This document shows positions 37,589-49,555 of a stretch of 64,000 bases of DNA, one piece after another. The notes below the pieces were generated by a model. It ran no database searches. It was given only the letters and a program-made list of their open reading frames with translations, and was not told where the DNA came from. The translations under genes and the position numbers were made by a program. Positions within the stretch are counted from its first letter, which is position 1. Each line of letters starts with the position of its first letter. Source of the DNA: an uncultured Clostridia bacterium (GTDB taxonomy: Bacteria > Bacillota > Clostridia > TANB77 > CAG-508); NCBI GenBank assembly GCA_944389475.1, contig CALXMM010000001.1, positions 8,721-72,720 of the forward strand. The letters run 5' to 3'.

Positions 37589-38386
37589 ATGGAAAATATA
37601 TTTTTAAACATTTTTCTGTTTATTGGAATTTTATTAATATATAGTGGAATATCTGGAATGTTAACAGATATATGTAGAAAGAGGAGTATATATAAAAGAA
37701 AATATTTAATATTAGTATTAGGAATTATAGTTATTCTTCTTTCTATATTTCCACGTTTTTATGACAATAAATTAAGTACTTTTGTAAGATATATAACAAT
37801 CTATTTTTCTGCCATGTTTATTATTTTTTGCGTAGCTAGTATTTTAGTTAACTTAAAAATAAAAAGAAAAGAATATAGTGCTATAATAATATTGGGTGGA
37901 TATTTGGTATATGGAAATCAATTAACAAGGGCATTAAAAAAGAGATTAAATTTAGCCATAAGAATATATAAAAAGCAAAAAAACAAACCTAAGATTATTG
38001 TATCCGGAGGTAAAATAAGGCAGGAGACAATAACAGAAGCAGAAGCTATGTCAAAGTATTTGCTAGAAAATAATATACCGGAAGAAGATATTATAAAAGA
38101 AGATAAATCAAAAAATACTTTAGAAAATTTTAAATTCTCCAGAGAAAAGTTGGAAGAATTAAATATACATAAAAATATAGCTTTTGTAAGTAGTAATTTT
38201 CATATATTAAGAGCCAAAATATATGCTTCCAAATTTAAAATTAAAGCCAAGGGAGAAGGTTCGAAGACACTATGGTATTATTTCCCAGAGGCTTTTATAA
38301 ATGAATATTTGGCGATAATGGTTTTATATAAAAATATATTAATAATTTATTCTATTTTAGCATTAATTGCCATAATAATATTTTAG
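37589..38386 (+). CDS. YdcF/DUF218 family membrane protein
   Basis: IIILGG, VSGG, EAEAM, EDKSKNTLENF, SSNFHILRA. Confidence 0.88.
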   Translation: MENIFLNIFLFIGILLIYSGISGMLTDICRKRSIYKRKYLILVLGIIVILLSIFPRFYDNKLSTFVRYITIYFSAMFIIFCVASILVNLKIKRKEYSAIIILGGYLVYGNQLTRALKKRLNLAIRIYKKQKNKPKIIVSGGKIRQETITEAEAMSKYLLENNIPEEDIIKEDKSKNTLENFKFSREKLEELNIHKNIAFVSSNFHILRAKIYASKFKIKAKGEGSKTLWYYFPEAFINEYLAIMVLYKNILIIYSILALIAIIIF

Positions 38387-38473
38387 TCCACCAAGCGAAA
38401 TAAAATCTTTCGATGGTGGCTTGTTAATTGTGTAAATAAAACTAATTGTTCGAAGGAAGGAATGGAATACTAA

Positions 38474-39073
38474 ATGAAGAAGTATGGCTTTTTTGGTGGA
38501 AGCTTTAATCCGCCAACTATAGCTCACGAAAGATTAGCAGAAGAAATAGCCGAAAAATATAATTTAGATAAAGTATACTTTGTACCTGTTGGCAACTTTT
38601 ATAAAAAAGAAGGATTAGTTGATGAAAAAACTAGGTATGAAATGCTTACAAACATAAAAAATGATAAATTAGATGTTTTAGATATAGAACTAAATTCCAG
38701 TCAAAAATTATCTGCAGCTGATGCTTTTAAATTGATAAATAATAATTTTAAAACTTCAGAAAACTATTTCATTTTAGGAGGAGATAATTTAGAAAAATTA
38801 CCTAATTGGAAAAATGCAGAGACATGTTTAAATAATAATATTATAGCTATTCAAAGAGGTAATAATTTGGATACTATAATAGAAAATAATAATTTGTTAA
38901 AAAGCCATAAAAATAAAATATTTGAATTTAATACTAATAATTTGAATGATTATAGTTCTACTAAAGTAAGACAAGCATTGCAAAATGAAGATAAAGAAAT
39001 ACTAAGTAAGATGTTAAATAAAAAAGTTTATTTTTATATAGAAAAAAATAATTTATATATGCAAAAAATTTAA
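38474..39073 (+). CDS. nadD: Nicotinate-nucleotide adenylyltransferase
   Basis: GFFGGSFNPPTIAH, FILGGD, YSSTKVR. Confidence 0.85.
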   Translation: MKKYGFFGGSFNPPTIAHERLAEEIAEKYNLDKVYFVPVGNFYKKEGLVDEKTRYEMLTNIKNDKLDVLDIELNSSQKLSAADAFKLINNNFKTSENYFILGGDNLEKLPNWKNAETCLNNNIIAIQRGNNLDTIIENNNLLKSHKNKIFEFNTNNLNDYSSTKVRQALQNEDKEILSKMLNKKVYFYIEKNNLYMQKI

Positions 39074-39134
39074 AAAATGATAAAATTAATATAGTTATAT
39101 TAAAATATTTGAAGGTATAGAGGGGTATTAAAAA

Positions 39135-39821
39135 ATGAAATTAAAAGATACAATATTTAATTTTGTTGCAAATGTATTCTATTATAGCGTTGCAGTACCA
39201 GTAGTGTTTGCAATGGATAAATTATTTTTTGATTACAAGATAATGGGAAAAGAAAATATAAAGAAAGTTCCAGGTGGTAAAATTACTATTTCTAACCATA
39301 TACATTATCTAGATTGTACAATGAATGGGCTTGTAAACCTTCCGGATTATTCATATTTTATAACCTTGGAATCAAATTGTAATATACCAATAATAGGTGC
39401 TCTAGTTAAATTATTAAGAGGAATTCCTATTCCAACTAAAATAGAAGAGAAAAAGAAGTTTTACGAAAATATTTCTAAATTATTAAAGAATGGAGAAACT
39501 GTACATATATACCCAGAAGGGGTAATGAGATTATATGACCAAAATCTGCTAGAATTTAAAAAGGGTGCATTTGCAATGGCTGTTGAAAACAATGTACCCA
39601 TAATACCTAGTGTAATAATAACAAGGGAAAGAGATGGAATATATAAATATATAAAGAGTAAACCTTTAATAACTCAAGTAGTATTAGAGCCAATATATCC
39701 AAATTTGAATATAGAAAATAAATTAGAAAGAATAGAAAAATTAAAAGAAGAATCATATTATAGAATGTATGAAGTTCTAGAAAGAGCAAAAGAAACTTCT
39801 GAACAAACTGAAACTATATAA
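39135..39821 (+). CDS. PlsC-like lysophospholipid acyltransferase
   Basis: SNHIHYLD, IYPEG, FKKGAF, VPIIP. Confidence 0.85.
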   Translation: MKLKDTIFNFVANVFYYSVAVPVVFAMDKLFFDYKIMGKENIKKVPGGKITISNHIHYLDCTMNGLVNLPDYSYFITLESNCNIPIIGALVKLLRGIPIPTKIEEKKKFYENISKLLKNGETVHIYPEGVMRLYDQNLLEFKKGAFAMAVENNVPIIPSVIITRERDGIYKYIKSKPLITQVVLEPIYPNLNIENKLERIEKLKEESYYRMYEVLERAKETSEQTETI

Positions 39822-39869
39822 TGCTGATTAGAAAAAAATTAAATATTTAGTAAAATTTGATTAGTAAAG

Positions 39870-39901
39870 AAAGTGCAGACTTAATTGCTCTGCATTTTTT
39901 T
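39870..39901 (+). terminator. Intrinsic terminator
   Basis: AAAGTGCAGA...TCTGCATTTTTTT. Confidence 0.6.
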
Positions 39902-39966
39902 ATTGCAATATATATATTTTTATTATATAATAAGCACGGAAAATAGGATAGAATAGGGTGAATTTA

Positions 39967-41673
39967 ATGATAGATTTTAAAGAAAAAATAGCAGAAGAAA
40001 TAAATAAAGTTTTGGAGCTATCAAAAGATGAGGTGAAAAGCTTTTTAGAAATACCTAAAGATAAAAAAATGGGAGATTATGCACTTCCATGTTTTAAACT
40101 TGCAAAACAAATGAAGAAATCACCAGTAATAATTGCAGATGAAATTAAAGAAAAGATAGAAATGCCAAACGAGTATATTTCAAAAATAGAGAATGTAAAT
40201 GGTTTCTTAAATATATTCATAAATAATTATGTATTAATAAAAGATTTATTAGATGAAATGGACCAACAAAAAGAAAATTATGGTTCTTCAAAACTTGGTA
40301 ATGGGAAAAATATAGTAATAGATTACTCATCACCAAATATTGCAAAACAATTCCATATCGGTCATTTGAGAACCACAATAATAGGAAGAGCTTTATATAA
40401 TATGTATAAATTCCTTGGATATAATACTATAAGTATTAATCATTTAGGAGATTGGGGAACACAATTTGGAAAATTAATAGAAGGATATAAAAGGTTTGGA
40501 AACGAATATGATTTATCAGAAAAACCAATAGATAAGCTTACAGAGATATATGTAAGAATAAATGAATTATGTAAAGAAGATGAATCAGTCCTAGAAGATT
40601 GTAGAAATAATTTTAAAAAGCTAGAAGATGGAGACCCATATTGTGTGGAGATATGGCAAAAATTTAAAGACCTAAGTTTAAAAGAATTTGAAAGAGTATA
40701 TGATATATTAAATATAAAGTTTGATTATTACTTAGGAGAATCTTTTTATACGGATAAGATTCCAGAAGTAATAGAAATTTTAAGAAAGAACAACAAGTTA
40801 GAAGAATCACAAGGAGCAGAAATAGTAAATTTAGAGGACAAGAATATGCCACCTTTAATGGTGGTGAAGTCTAATGGTTCTACATCATATGCAGCACGTG
40901 ATTTAGCAGCTATACTATATAGGGTTAGAACATTTGATTTTGACAAATGTATATACGTAGTAGCATATGAACAAAATTTACATTTTAAACAAGTATTCGA
41001 AGTAGCAAAATATTTAGATTTAGATGAAAAATATACAAATGGTCTAATACATGTACCTTTTGGAATGGTACGTTTAAAAAGTGGTAAAATGTCAACAAGG
41101 GAAGGTACTGTAATAAAATTAGAGGATTTATTAAACGAATCAATTTCTAGAGCAAAAGAAGTAATAGAGCAAAAAAATCCTGAGTTAGAAAATAAGGAAG
41201 AAGTAGCAAAAAAAGTTGGTATTGGAGCTGTCATATTTAATGATTTATCTAATAATATGATAAAAGATGAAGTCTTTGATTGGGACATAATGCTTAACTT
41301 CCAAGGAGAAACAGGACCATATATTCAATACATGTATGTTAGAACAAAGAGTATATTGGATAAAGAAAATTATTCAATGGATAAAAATTTAGTTGATATA
41401 ACAGAATTAGAAGAACGTGGAATGGAATTAGTTAAAGAGCTATACATGTTTAATGATATAATTACTCAGGCAGTAGAAAAAAATGAGCCTTCAATTATTT
41501 CACGTTATTTAATAGAAATTGCTAAATTATATAGTAGTTTTTATAATGACAATAAAATTATTGTGGAAGATGAAAAGGTTAAAAACACAAGATTATGCTT
41601 AACATACATGGTTGGAAATGTTTTAAAAATAGGCGCAGGCCTACTTGGAATGGAAATGCCGGATAGAATGTAA
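39967..41673 (+). CDS. argS: Arginine--tRNA ligase
   Basis: DYSSPNIAK.FHIGHLR, NHLGDWGTQFG, KMSTR, GETGPYIQY. Confidence 0.97.
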   Translation: MIDFKEKIAEEINKVLELSKDEVKSFLEIPKDKKMGDYALPCFKLAKQMKKSPVIIADEIKEKIEMPNEYISKIENVNGFLNIFINNYVLIKDLLDEMDQQKENYGSSKLGNGKNIVIDYSSPNIAKQFHIGHLRTTIIGRALYNMYKFLGYNTISINHLGDWGTQFGKLIEGYKRFGNEYDLSEKPIDKLTEIYVRINELCKEDESVLEDCRNNFKKLEDGDPYCVEIWQKFKDLSLKEFERVYDILNIKFDYYLGESFYTDKIPEVIEILRKNNKLEESQGAEIVNLEDKNMPPLMVVKSNGSTSYAARDLAAILYRVRTFDFDKCIYVVAYEQNLHFKQVFEVAKYLDLDEKYTNGLIHVPFGMVRLKSGKMSTREGTVIKLEDLLNESISRAKEVIEQKNPELENKEEVAKKVGIGAVIFNDLSNNMIKDEVFDWDIMLNFQGETGPYIQYMYVRTKSILDKENYSMDKNLVDITELEERGMELVKELYMFNDIITQAVEKNEPSIISRYLIEIAKLYSSFYNDNKIIVEDEKVKNTRLCLTYMVGNVLKIGAGLLGMEMPDRM

Positions 41674-41695
41674 GAAAAGAAAGGAAAAGATAGAA

Positions 41696-43063
41696 ATGAG
41701 AAAATATTTTGGAACAGATGGAATTAGAAGAATTGCAAATACAGAATTAACACCAGAATTGGTATATAGAGTTGCAAAGGCAGGTGCATATGTTTTAGCT
41801 AAACATTCTGACCATAGCCCAACAATTTTAATTGGTAGAGATACTAGAATTTCTGGAACATTAATAGAAAGTGCTATGACAGCAGGTTTCTTAAGTTATG
41901 GAGCTAATGTTAAACAATTGGGAGTTTTACCAACACCAGCAGTTGCTTATTTAACAAGAAAATTAAAAGCAGATGCAAGTGTAGTAATTTCTGCTTCTCA
42001 TAATACTTATGAGTTTAATGGGGTAAAATACTTTAGTAATGAAGGAACTAAAATACCGGATGAACTAGAGGAAGAAATAGAAGAAGTTATGGATTCAGGC
42101 AAACTAGAAGAATTAACAGCTTGTAACGATAAAATAGGAATTGCTGAAGATGCCAGAGATTTAGTTGATGAGTACTTATACTTCTTTAGAAAGAATTTTG
42201 AGGAAATCATAGAAAAATATAATAGAGATGATTTTAAAGTTGTAATAGACACAGCAAATGGTGCAACATATCAAATAGCAGAAAAAGTATTTTCAAAACT
42301 AAAAATAAATCATAAAATTGTAAACAACACACCAAATGGAATTAATATAAATAAAAATTGTGGTTCAACACATCTAGAAATGCTACAAAAATATGTAGTA
42401 GAAAATGGATATGATTTAGGTGTTGCATATGATGGTGATGGAGATAGATGTTTATTAGTTGATGAAAAAGGAGAAGTAATTGATGGAGATAAAATTTTAG
42501 CCATTGCTTCTAATCATATGAAAGAAAATGGAACACTTAAGAAAGACACTTTAGTTGCTACAGTTATGAGTAATTTAGGATTAGATATATATGCAAAAGA
42601 CAATGGACTAAAATTAGTTAGAACAAAAGTTGGAGATAGATATGTTCTAGAAGAAATGAAAAAAGAAGGATATAACCTAGGTGGAGAACAATCTGGTCAT
42701 ATTATTTTCTTAGACTATAACCCTACTGGTGATGGAATTTTAACATCTTTAATGATTATCTCTATATTACTAGAAAAAGGTGGTAAAGCAAGCGATTTAG
42801 AGAAAATAATAAATATATATCCTCAAGTATTAGTTAATGCTCAAGTTTCTAATGACAAAAAATATGACTTTGATAAAGATGCAGTTATTAGAAATACAAT
42901 TGAACAAGTAGAAAAAGAATTTAAAGGAAATGGTAGAGTATTAATAAGAGCTTCAGGAACAGAACCTCTAGTAAGAGTTATGATTGAAGGAAAAGACCAA
43001 GAATATATAACGGAAAAAGCTAAATCTATTGCAGAATTAATAGAACAAAGATTAAGTGATTAA
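41696..43063 (+). CDS. glmM: Phosphoglucosamine mutase
   Basis: KYFGTDG, SASHN, DGDGDR, GGEQSGH, RASGTEP. Confidence 0.95.
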   Translation: MRKYFGTDGIRRIANTELTPELVYRVAKAGAYVLAKHSDHSPTILIGRDTRISGTLIESAMTAGFLSYGANVKQLGVLPTPAVAYLTRKLKADASVVISASHNTYEFNGVKYFSNEGTKIPDELEEEIEEVMDSGKLEELTACNDKIGIAEDARDLVDEYLYFFRKNFEEIIEKYNRDDFKVVIDTANGATYQIAEKVFSKLKINHKIVNNTPNGININKNCGSTHLEMLQKYVVENGYDLGVAYDGDGDRCLLVDEKGEVIDGDKILAIASNHMKENGTLKKDTLVATVMSNLGLDIYAKDNGLKLVRTKVGDRYVLEEMKKEGYNLGGEQSGHIIFLDYNPTGDGILTSLMIISILLEKGGKASDLEKIINIYPQVLVNAQVSNDKKYDFDKDAVIRNTIEQVEKEFKGNGRVLIRASGTEPLVRVMIEGKDQEYITEKAKSIAELIEQRLSD

Positions 43064-43083
43064 ATAAAAGGAAGATGATGTAA

Positions 43084-44670
<1,587 letters not shown>

Positions 44671-44707
44671 AAAATTAAATGAAAATATATAAAGGAGGAA
44701 AATTTAT

Positions 44708-45022
44708 TTGGAATTAAACCTATTAAACGAATTAAATAGGGGGCAAGAAGAAATTGATATAAATCAATTCCAGAGGGAGCTAACAAATAAATTGGAGGAA
44801 ATGGAAAACAAATTTACAGTTGATAGATTTGAAGGAGACATTGCAGTATTAGAAAATAGAGATACTGGAGAAATGATTAATATAAATAAAAATGAATTAC
44901 CTCAAGATGCAAAAGAGGGTTCCATATTAAAACTTAATAATAAAAAATACGAAATAGATATGGAAGAACAAAAAGAAGTGGAAAAAAGAATAAAAGATAA
45001 AATGAACAAATTATGGAAATAA
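44708..45022 (+). CDS. DUF3006 domain protein
   Basis: VDRFEGDIAVLE...LP..AKEG; AGGAGG with TTG start. Confidence 0.85.
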   Translation: MELNLLNELNRGQEEIDINQFQRELTNKLEEMENKFTVDRFEGDIAVLENRDTGEMININKNELPQDAKEGSILKLNNKKYEIDMEEQKEVEKRIKDKMNKLWK

Positions 45023-45071
45023 GAAATATATTTTTGCCAAATTTGTTTCACAAACACGGGGGTAAAATTTT

Positions 45072-46082
45072 ATGGGACAAAGGACTAATGAACCGAATTT
45101 ATGGGAAAAAGTAAAACAAGGTAAAAAAACAAAATATTATAAAAGAAGTAAATGGCTTAGTAGAATAGCATCACTTATAATTTTAATAGTGTTGTTGCTT
45201 CTTGGAAAATCATATTGGGATTCACATGATTTTAATAGCTATTTGCAAAATGCAGTAGGAAACAATGTAATTGTTGAAAATGCAATAACTCAAGATATTA
45301 CAAACACCGTAGAAAATCAAGCAGAAGTAGATGGAAATTTAAGAGTTTATTATCTAGATGTTGGCCAAGCGGATAGTATTCTAGTTATGGACAAGGATAA
45401 AACAATGCTGATTGATGCTGGAACAAATGAGGCAGGAAATACTGTAGTAAATTTCTTAAAGGAAAAAGGAATTACAAGAATCGATTATTTAGTTGGAACA
45501 CATCCACACGAAGACCATATTGGAGGATTGGATGATGTAATAAATAATTTTGATATTGGTACAATTTATATGCCAAAAATGCAAACAACAACCAAAACTT
45601 TTGAAGATGTTTTAGATGCTATATCAAATAAAGGATTACAAGTAACAACTCCAGTAGCAGGTGATGCATTTAAATTAACAAATGCTACTTGTACAATTAT
45701 GGCGACAGATACAGAAGATACGGAAGATAATTTAAATTTATCTTCTATAGTTATTAGAATGACATATGGTGGTAATAGTTTCTTATTTATGGGAGATGCA
45801 GAAGAAGAGGTGGAAGCATCTAGAAGTTGGTTACCTAGTGACGTACTAAAAGTTGGACATCATGGTTCTAAAACTTCATCATCACAAACTTTTATAAATC
45901 AAGTAATGCCAGCATATGCAATAATTCAAGTTGGAAAAGACAATTCATATAATTTACCTAACCAAGAGACTATAGATAAATTAGAAGCTATAGGAACAAA
46001 AATATATAGAACTGATAAAGATGGTAATATACTTGTAATTAGTGATGGAACTAATATTCAAGTTCAAACTAATGTAAAATAG
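45072..46082 (+). CDS. ComEC/Rec2-like metallo-beta-lactamase-fold hydrolase
   Basis: DVGQAD, THPHEDHIGG, MGDAE, HHGS, RTD. Confidence 0.9.
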   Translation: MGQRTNEPNLWEKVKQGKKTKYYKRSKWLSRIASLIILIVLLLLGKSYWDSHDFNSYLQNAVGNNVIVENAITQDITNTVENQAEVDGNLRVYYLDVGQADSILVMDKDKTMLIDAGTNEAGNTVVNFLKEKGITRIDYLVGTHPHEDHIGGLDDVINNFDIGTIYMPKMQTTTKTFEDVLDAISNKGLQVTTPVAGDAFKLTNATCTIMATDTEDTEDNLNLSSIVIRMTYGGNSFLFMGDAEEEVEASRSWLPSDVLKVGHHGSKTSSSQTFINQVMPAYAIIQVGKDNSYNLPNQETIDKLEAIGTKIYRTDKDGNILVISDGTNIQVQTNVK

Positions 46083-46115
46083 AATACTATAAAATAAACT
46101 AGAATGGAGATTATC

Positions 46116-47579
46116 ATGAAGAACTTTTTTGAAAAACATTTAAATAAAATAAATATAGGGCTTATTGTTTTAATAGCAATAGCCCCTCTTTTACTATGTT
46201 TTAATAGTAGCTTATGGTTTGATGAAGCATATTCAGTAGGAATTGCTAAACAGCCATGGGGAAATTTATTAGTATCAACTATAAATGATGTTCACCCGAT
46301 TTTATATTATGTATTATTAAAAATATATTCTTTAATATTTGGAACAAGTGTAATAGCATTAAGAATATTTTCTGTAATTCCAATTGTATTACTTGCAATT
46401 TTTTCTTTTGTAAAAATAAGAAAAGAATTTGGTGACAAAGTAAGTTTTTATTTTAACTTAGTATTGTTGTTGCTACCAGTTACAATGCATTATGGTTCAC
46501 AAATTAGAATGTATAGTTTAGCAATGTTATTTGTAACTATTACAGCGGTTTATGCATATTTAGCATATAAAAACAATAAAAAGAAAGATTGGGTAATCTT
46601 TGCTATAGCAAGTATTTGCAGTGCATATACACATTATTTTGCTCTATTCACTATAGGAATAATTAATATTATTTTATTATTCTTCATATTAAGAGAGGAA
46701 AAAGAAATTTTGAAAAAGTGGTTTATTTATGGTGCTATCCAAATTGTTTGTTATATACCTGGAGCAATAATCTTTTTATTCCAATCAACAAGAGTGGCTG
46801 GAGGATTTTGGATAAGCGTAAATTATCCGGACATTATAACTCAAATTATAGAATTTTTCTTCTTAGATAGTATAAATTCAGGATTACCATCTATATTTGG
46901 ATTATTTATTGTAATTTATATGATTTTAAGAGTACATAAATTATATTTGGAAGATAAGAAAAAAATAAGACCAGTAACAGTAGCACTTACAACATGTGGA
47001 CTAGTAATTCTTGTAACATTATTAATTTCATTTGTAAGAGCAGTATTTATCCCAAGATATATGTTACCAATGTTAGGATTATTTATATTTGCTTTAGCAT
47101 ATGTGCTATCTGTCGAAAAAAGTCGAATAATAAAAATAGTAATATTTGTTGGTTTAATAGCTTTAACAATTTGGAATGGTGTTACATTATGGAATAAATC
47201 TTATTCTAAAGATAATAATAAGCCAATAGAAGCAATACAAGCAGAAGTGCAACCAAATGATATATTTGTTTATACAACAATTGGACCAAGCAGTTCTATA
47301 GCAATAGACTTTAGCAATAATAAACAATATTTCTATAATAAAGATAATTGGACTGTAGAAAAAGCTTATGGAGCCTTTGCTCCACAAATGAAAGTTGTAA
47401 ACACATTGGATGAAATAGAAAATTATACTGGAAGAATATGGGTAATAGATGCCGGAGATACAAATATGTATGATTATATAAACGATATGGAAGGAACAAC
47501 TTGTATAAAAGAAAAGGAAAAATATTACCATCCTTTTAGTGGAGATACATTTGTTATATCTTTATTCGAAAAAAATTAA
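46116..47579 (+). CDS. GT-C / family 39-like membrane glycosyltransferase
   Basis: LWFDEAYS, DVHPILYY, IRMY, YTHYF; many TM helices. Confidence 0.85.
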   Translation: MKNFFEKHLNKINIGLIVLIAIAPLLLCFNSSLWFDEAYSVGIAKQPWGNLLVSTINDVHPILYYVLLKIYSLIFGTSVIALRIFSVIPIVLLAIFSFVKIRKEFGDKVSFYFNLVLLLLPVTMHYGSQIRMYSLAMLFVTITAVYAYLAYKNNKKKDWVIFAIASICSAYTHYFALFTIGIINIILLFFILREEKEILKKWFIYGAIQIVCYIPGAIIFLFQSTRVAGGFWISVNYPDIITQIIEFFFLDSINSGLPSIFGLFIVIYMILRVHKLYLEDKKKIRPVTVALTTCGLVILVTLLISFVRAVFIPRYMLPMLGLFIFALAYVLSVEKSRIIKIVIFVGLIALTIWNGVTLWNKSYSKDNNKPIEAIQAEVQPNDIFVYTTIGPSSSIAIDFSNNKQYFYNKDNWTVEKAYGAFAPQMKVVNTLDEIENYTGRIWVIDAGDTNMYDYINDMEGTTCIKEKEKYYHPFSGDTFVISLFEKN

Positions 47580-47586
47580 AGTTAAA

Positions 47587-47626
47587 ATGCAGAAAATTCT
47601 CTATCGAAGGAGAGTTTTCTGTATTT
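47587..47626 (+). terminator. Intrinsic terminator
   Basis: ATGCAGAAAATTCTCT...GGAGAGTTTTCTGTAT. Confidence 0.6.
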
Positions 47627-47664
47627 AATTGTTTAAAAATAAAAAAATTTAAAAAAATTTAATT

Positions 47665-47695
47665 TGTCGACAAGTTTCGACAAAAAATCTCGACA
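47665..47695. promoter_or_regulatory. Cluster of three Spo0A-box-like sites
   Basis: GTCGACA, TTCGACA (perfect reverse TGTCGAA) and CTCGACA just before TG-C-TATAAT (47701-47709). Confidence 0.65.
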
Positions 47696-47731
47696 GAATA
47701 TGCTATAATTTTAACATAGGAGGGATGCGAT

Positions 47732-47887
47732 ATGGATGTTACTTTTGCAATAAAGAAAAACAGAGCAAAACTTGAGCAAATGATTTTGGATAACGAAGAC
47801 TATGATAAGATACTAAAGCAAAGCCAGAAGTTAGACGAATACATAAATATCGCTATGAAAGAAATGGCTGAACGAAAAAAGAATTAA
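47732..47887 (+). CDS. Spo0E-family aspartyl-phosphate phosphatase (not in the ORF track)
   Basis: 51 aa MDVTFAIKKNRAKLEQMILDNEDYDKILKQSQKLDEYINIAMKEMAERKKN; SQKLD matches the SQELD signature; AGGAGG RBS. Confidence 0.85.
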   Translation: MDVTFAIKKNRAKLEQMILDNEDYDKILKQSQKLDEYINIAMKEMAERKKN

Positions 47888-47915
47888 AAATGCTATTCTT
47901 AGGAATAGCATTTTT
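47886..47915 (+). terminator. Intrinsic terminator
   Basis: AAAAATGCTATTC-TTAG-GAATAGCATTTTT. Confidence 0.75.
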
Positions 47916-48033
47916 GAGTTTATGTAATAATATAAATAGTAAGTAAAACAAATTTTAAACATTTATTGACATTAAAAAAAATAAGAAATAAAATAAAGGA
48001 GTAAAAAAGAATTATTTAAGGAAGGTGATTTTT

Positions 48034-48963
48034 ATGCCATTTGTAACAACAAAGGACATGTTTGAAAAATCTATGAAGGAGAAATTTGCAATTGGTGCAT
48101 TTAATATTAATAATATGGAATTTGTACAAGCAATAATGGATGCAGCAGCAAAGGAACATTCACCAGTTATATTACAAACTTCAGCAAGTGCAATAAAATA
48201 TGCAAGAATACCATATTTAAAGAAAATGATAGAAGCAGGACTAGAGGAACATGATATTCCAGTAGTATTACATTTAGACCATGGTCCAGATTTCGAAACA
48301 TGTAAATTATGTGTAGATAGTGGATATACTTCAGTTATGTTTGATGGTTCAAAATATGATTTCGAAACAAATGTAAAATTAACAAAAGAAGTTGTTGACT
48401 ATGCACATGCTCATGGAGTAGTTGTAGAAGCTGAACTTGGTAAATTAGCCGGAATCGAAGATGATGTTCATGTAGCAGAAGATGATGCAATGTTTACAGA
48501 CCCAGACCAAGCAAAAGAATTTGTAGAAAGAACAGGATGTGATTCTTTAGCTATTGCAATTGGAACAAGTCATGGAGCATATAAATTTAAAGGTGAAGCT
48601 AAATTAAGATTTGATATATTAGCAAAAGTTAAAGAAAAAATACCTAATACACCAATAGTATTACATGGTGCTTCAACAGTTGTACCAGAATTAGTTGCAA
48701 TTTGTAATAAATATGGAGGAAGTCTACCAGGAGCAAAAGGTGTTCCAGATGAAATGTTACATCAAGCAAGTATATCTGGAGTATCAAAAGTAAATGTAGA
48801 TACAGATTTAAGATTAGCTATGACAGCAGGAATAAGAGAAACAATGTCAGAAGATCCAACTATATTTGACCCAAGAAAATATTTAGGAAAAGGAAGAGAG
48901 TTAATAGAAGAAACAGTTGCTCATAAAATGAGAGATGTATTTGGTTCTAGCAATAAAGCATAA
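48034..48963 (+). CDS. fba: Class II fructose-1,6-bisphosphate aldolase
   Basis: AIGAFN, HLDHG, VEAELG, AIGTSHGAYK, VLHGAS, KVNVDTD. Confidence 0.95.
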   Translation: MPFVTTKDMFEKSMKEKFAIGAFNINNMEFVQAIMDAAAKEHSPVILQTSASAIKYARIPYLKKMIEAGLEEHDIPVVLHLDHGPDFETCKLCVDSGYTSVMFDGSKYDFETNVKLTKEVVDYAHAHGVVVEAELGKLAGIEDDVHVAEDDAMFTDPDQAKEFVERTGCDSLAIAIGTSHGAYKFKGEAKLRFDILAKVKEKIPNTPIVLHGASTVVPELVAICNKYGGSLPGAKGVPDEMLHQASISGVSKVNVDTDLRLAMTAGIRETMSEDPTIFDPRKYLGKGRELIEETVAHKMRDVFGSSNKA

Positions 48964-48985
48964 AACATGTTATTAGGAGAAAAAA

Positions 48986-49522
48986 ATGGAAACAAAGGTT
49001 ATATATTTCGTACATGGTACTACTTATGATAATGTTAATGGAAAATGTAGTGGATGGAAACAAGTAGAGTTAACAAAATTGGGCAAAGAAAGAGCAATCA
49101 AATTGGGAGAGACAAGAAAAAATACACATTTTGATATTATATTTACATCAGATTTAGTAAGAGCAATTGAATCTGCTAATTTGGCTTTCCCAAATGTTAA
49201 ACACATTCAAGATTCAAGATTAAGAGAATGTAATTATGGAAAACTAGATGGACAAGATAAATCTTTAGTAGTTTACGAAGAGCACATAGATAAGCCATTT
49301 CCAAATGGAGAAGCATTAAAAGATGTAGAAAAAAGGGTTAAAAGTTTTATAGAGTTTTTAAAAGAAAACTACCAAGGAGAAACAATTGGAATTGTTGCAC
49401 ATAGAGCTCCACAATTAGCTTTTGAGGTATTAACTAAAAATATATCATGGGAAGAAGCCATAAAAAAAGATTGGAGAAAAACAAAAGCATGGCAACCAGG
49501 ATGGGAATATGTAATAAAGTAA
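48986..49522 (+). CDS. Histidine phosphatase family protein
   Basis: VHGTT, TSDLVRA, LRECNYG, FPNGE, VAH. Confidence 0.85.
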   Translation: METKVIYFVHGTTYDNVNGKCSGWKQVELTKLGKERAIKLGETRKNTHFDIIFTSDLVRAIESANLAFPNVKHIQDSRLRECNYGKLDGQDKSLVVYEEHIDKPFPNGEALKDVEKRVKSFIEFLKENYQGETIGIVAHRAPQLAFEVLTKNISWEEAIKKDWRKTKAWQPGWEYVIK

Positions 49523-49553
49523 AAGAAAGCGAAATCTTAGATTTCGCTTTCTT
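49523..49553. terminator. Bidirectional terminator
   Basis: AAGAAAGCGAAATC-TTA-GATTTCGCTTTCTT between convergent genes. Confidence 0.85.
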
Positions 49554-49555
49554 CA

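Noticed and set aside
39822-39966. T-box leader upstream of argS
   Set aside because: Region is short and lacks the AAGGTGGNACC T-box sequence; the hairpin is better explained as the upstream terminator.
44708-46082. Complete competence (comEC) locus
   Set aside because: Only the MBL domain is present, without the multi-TM competence channel; pairing with DUF3006 is common.
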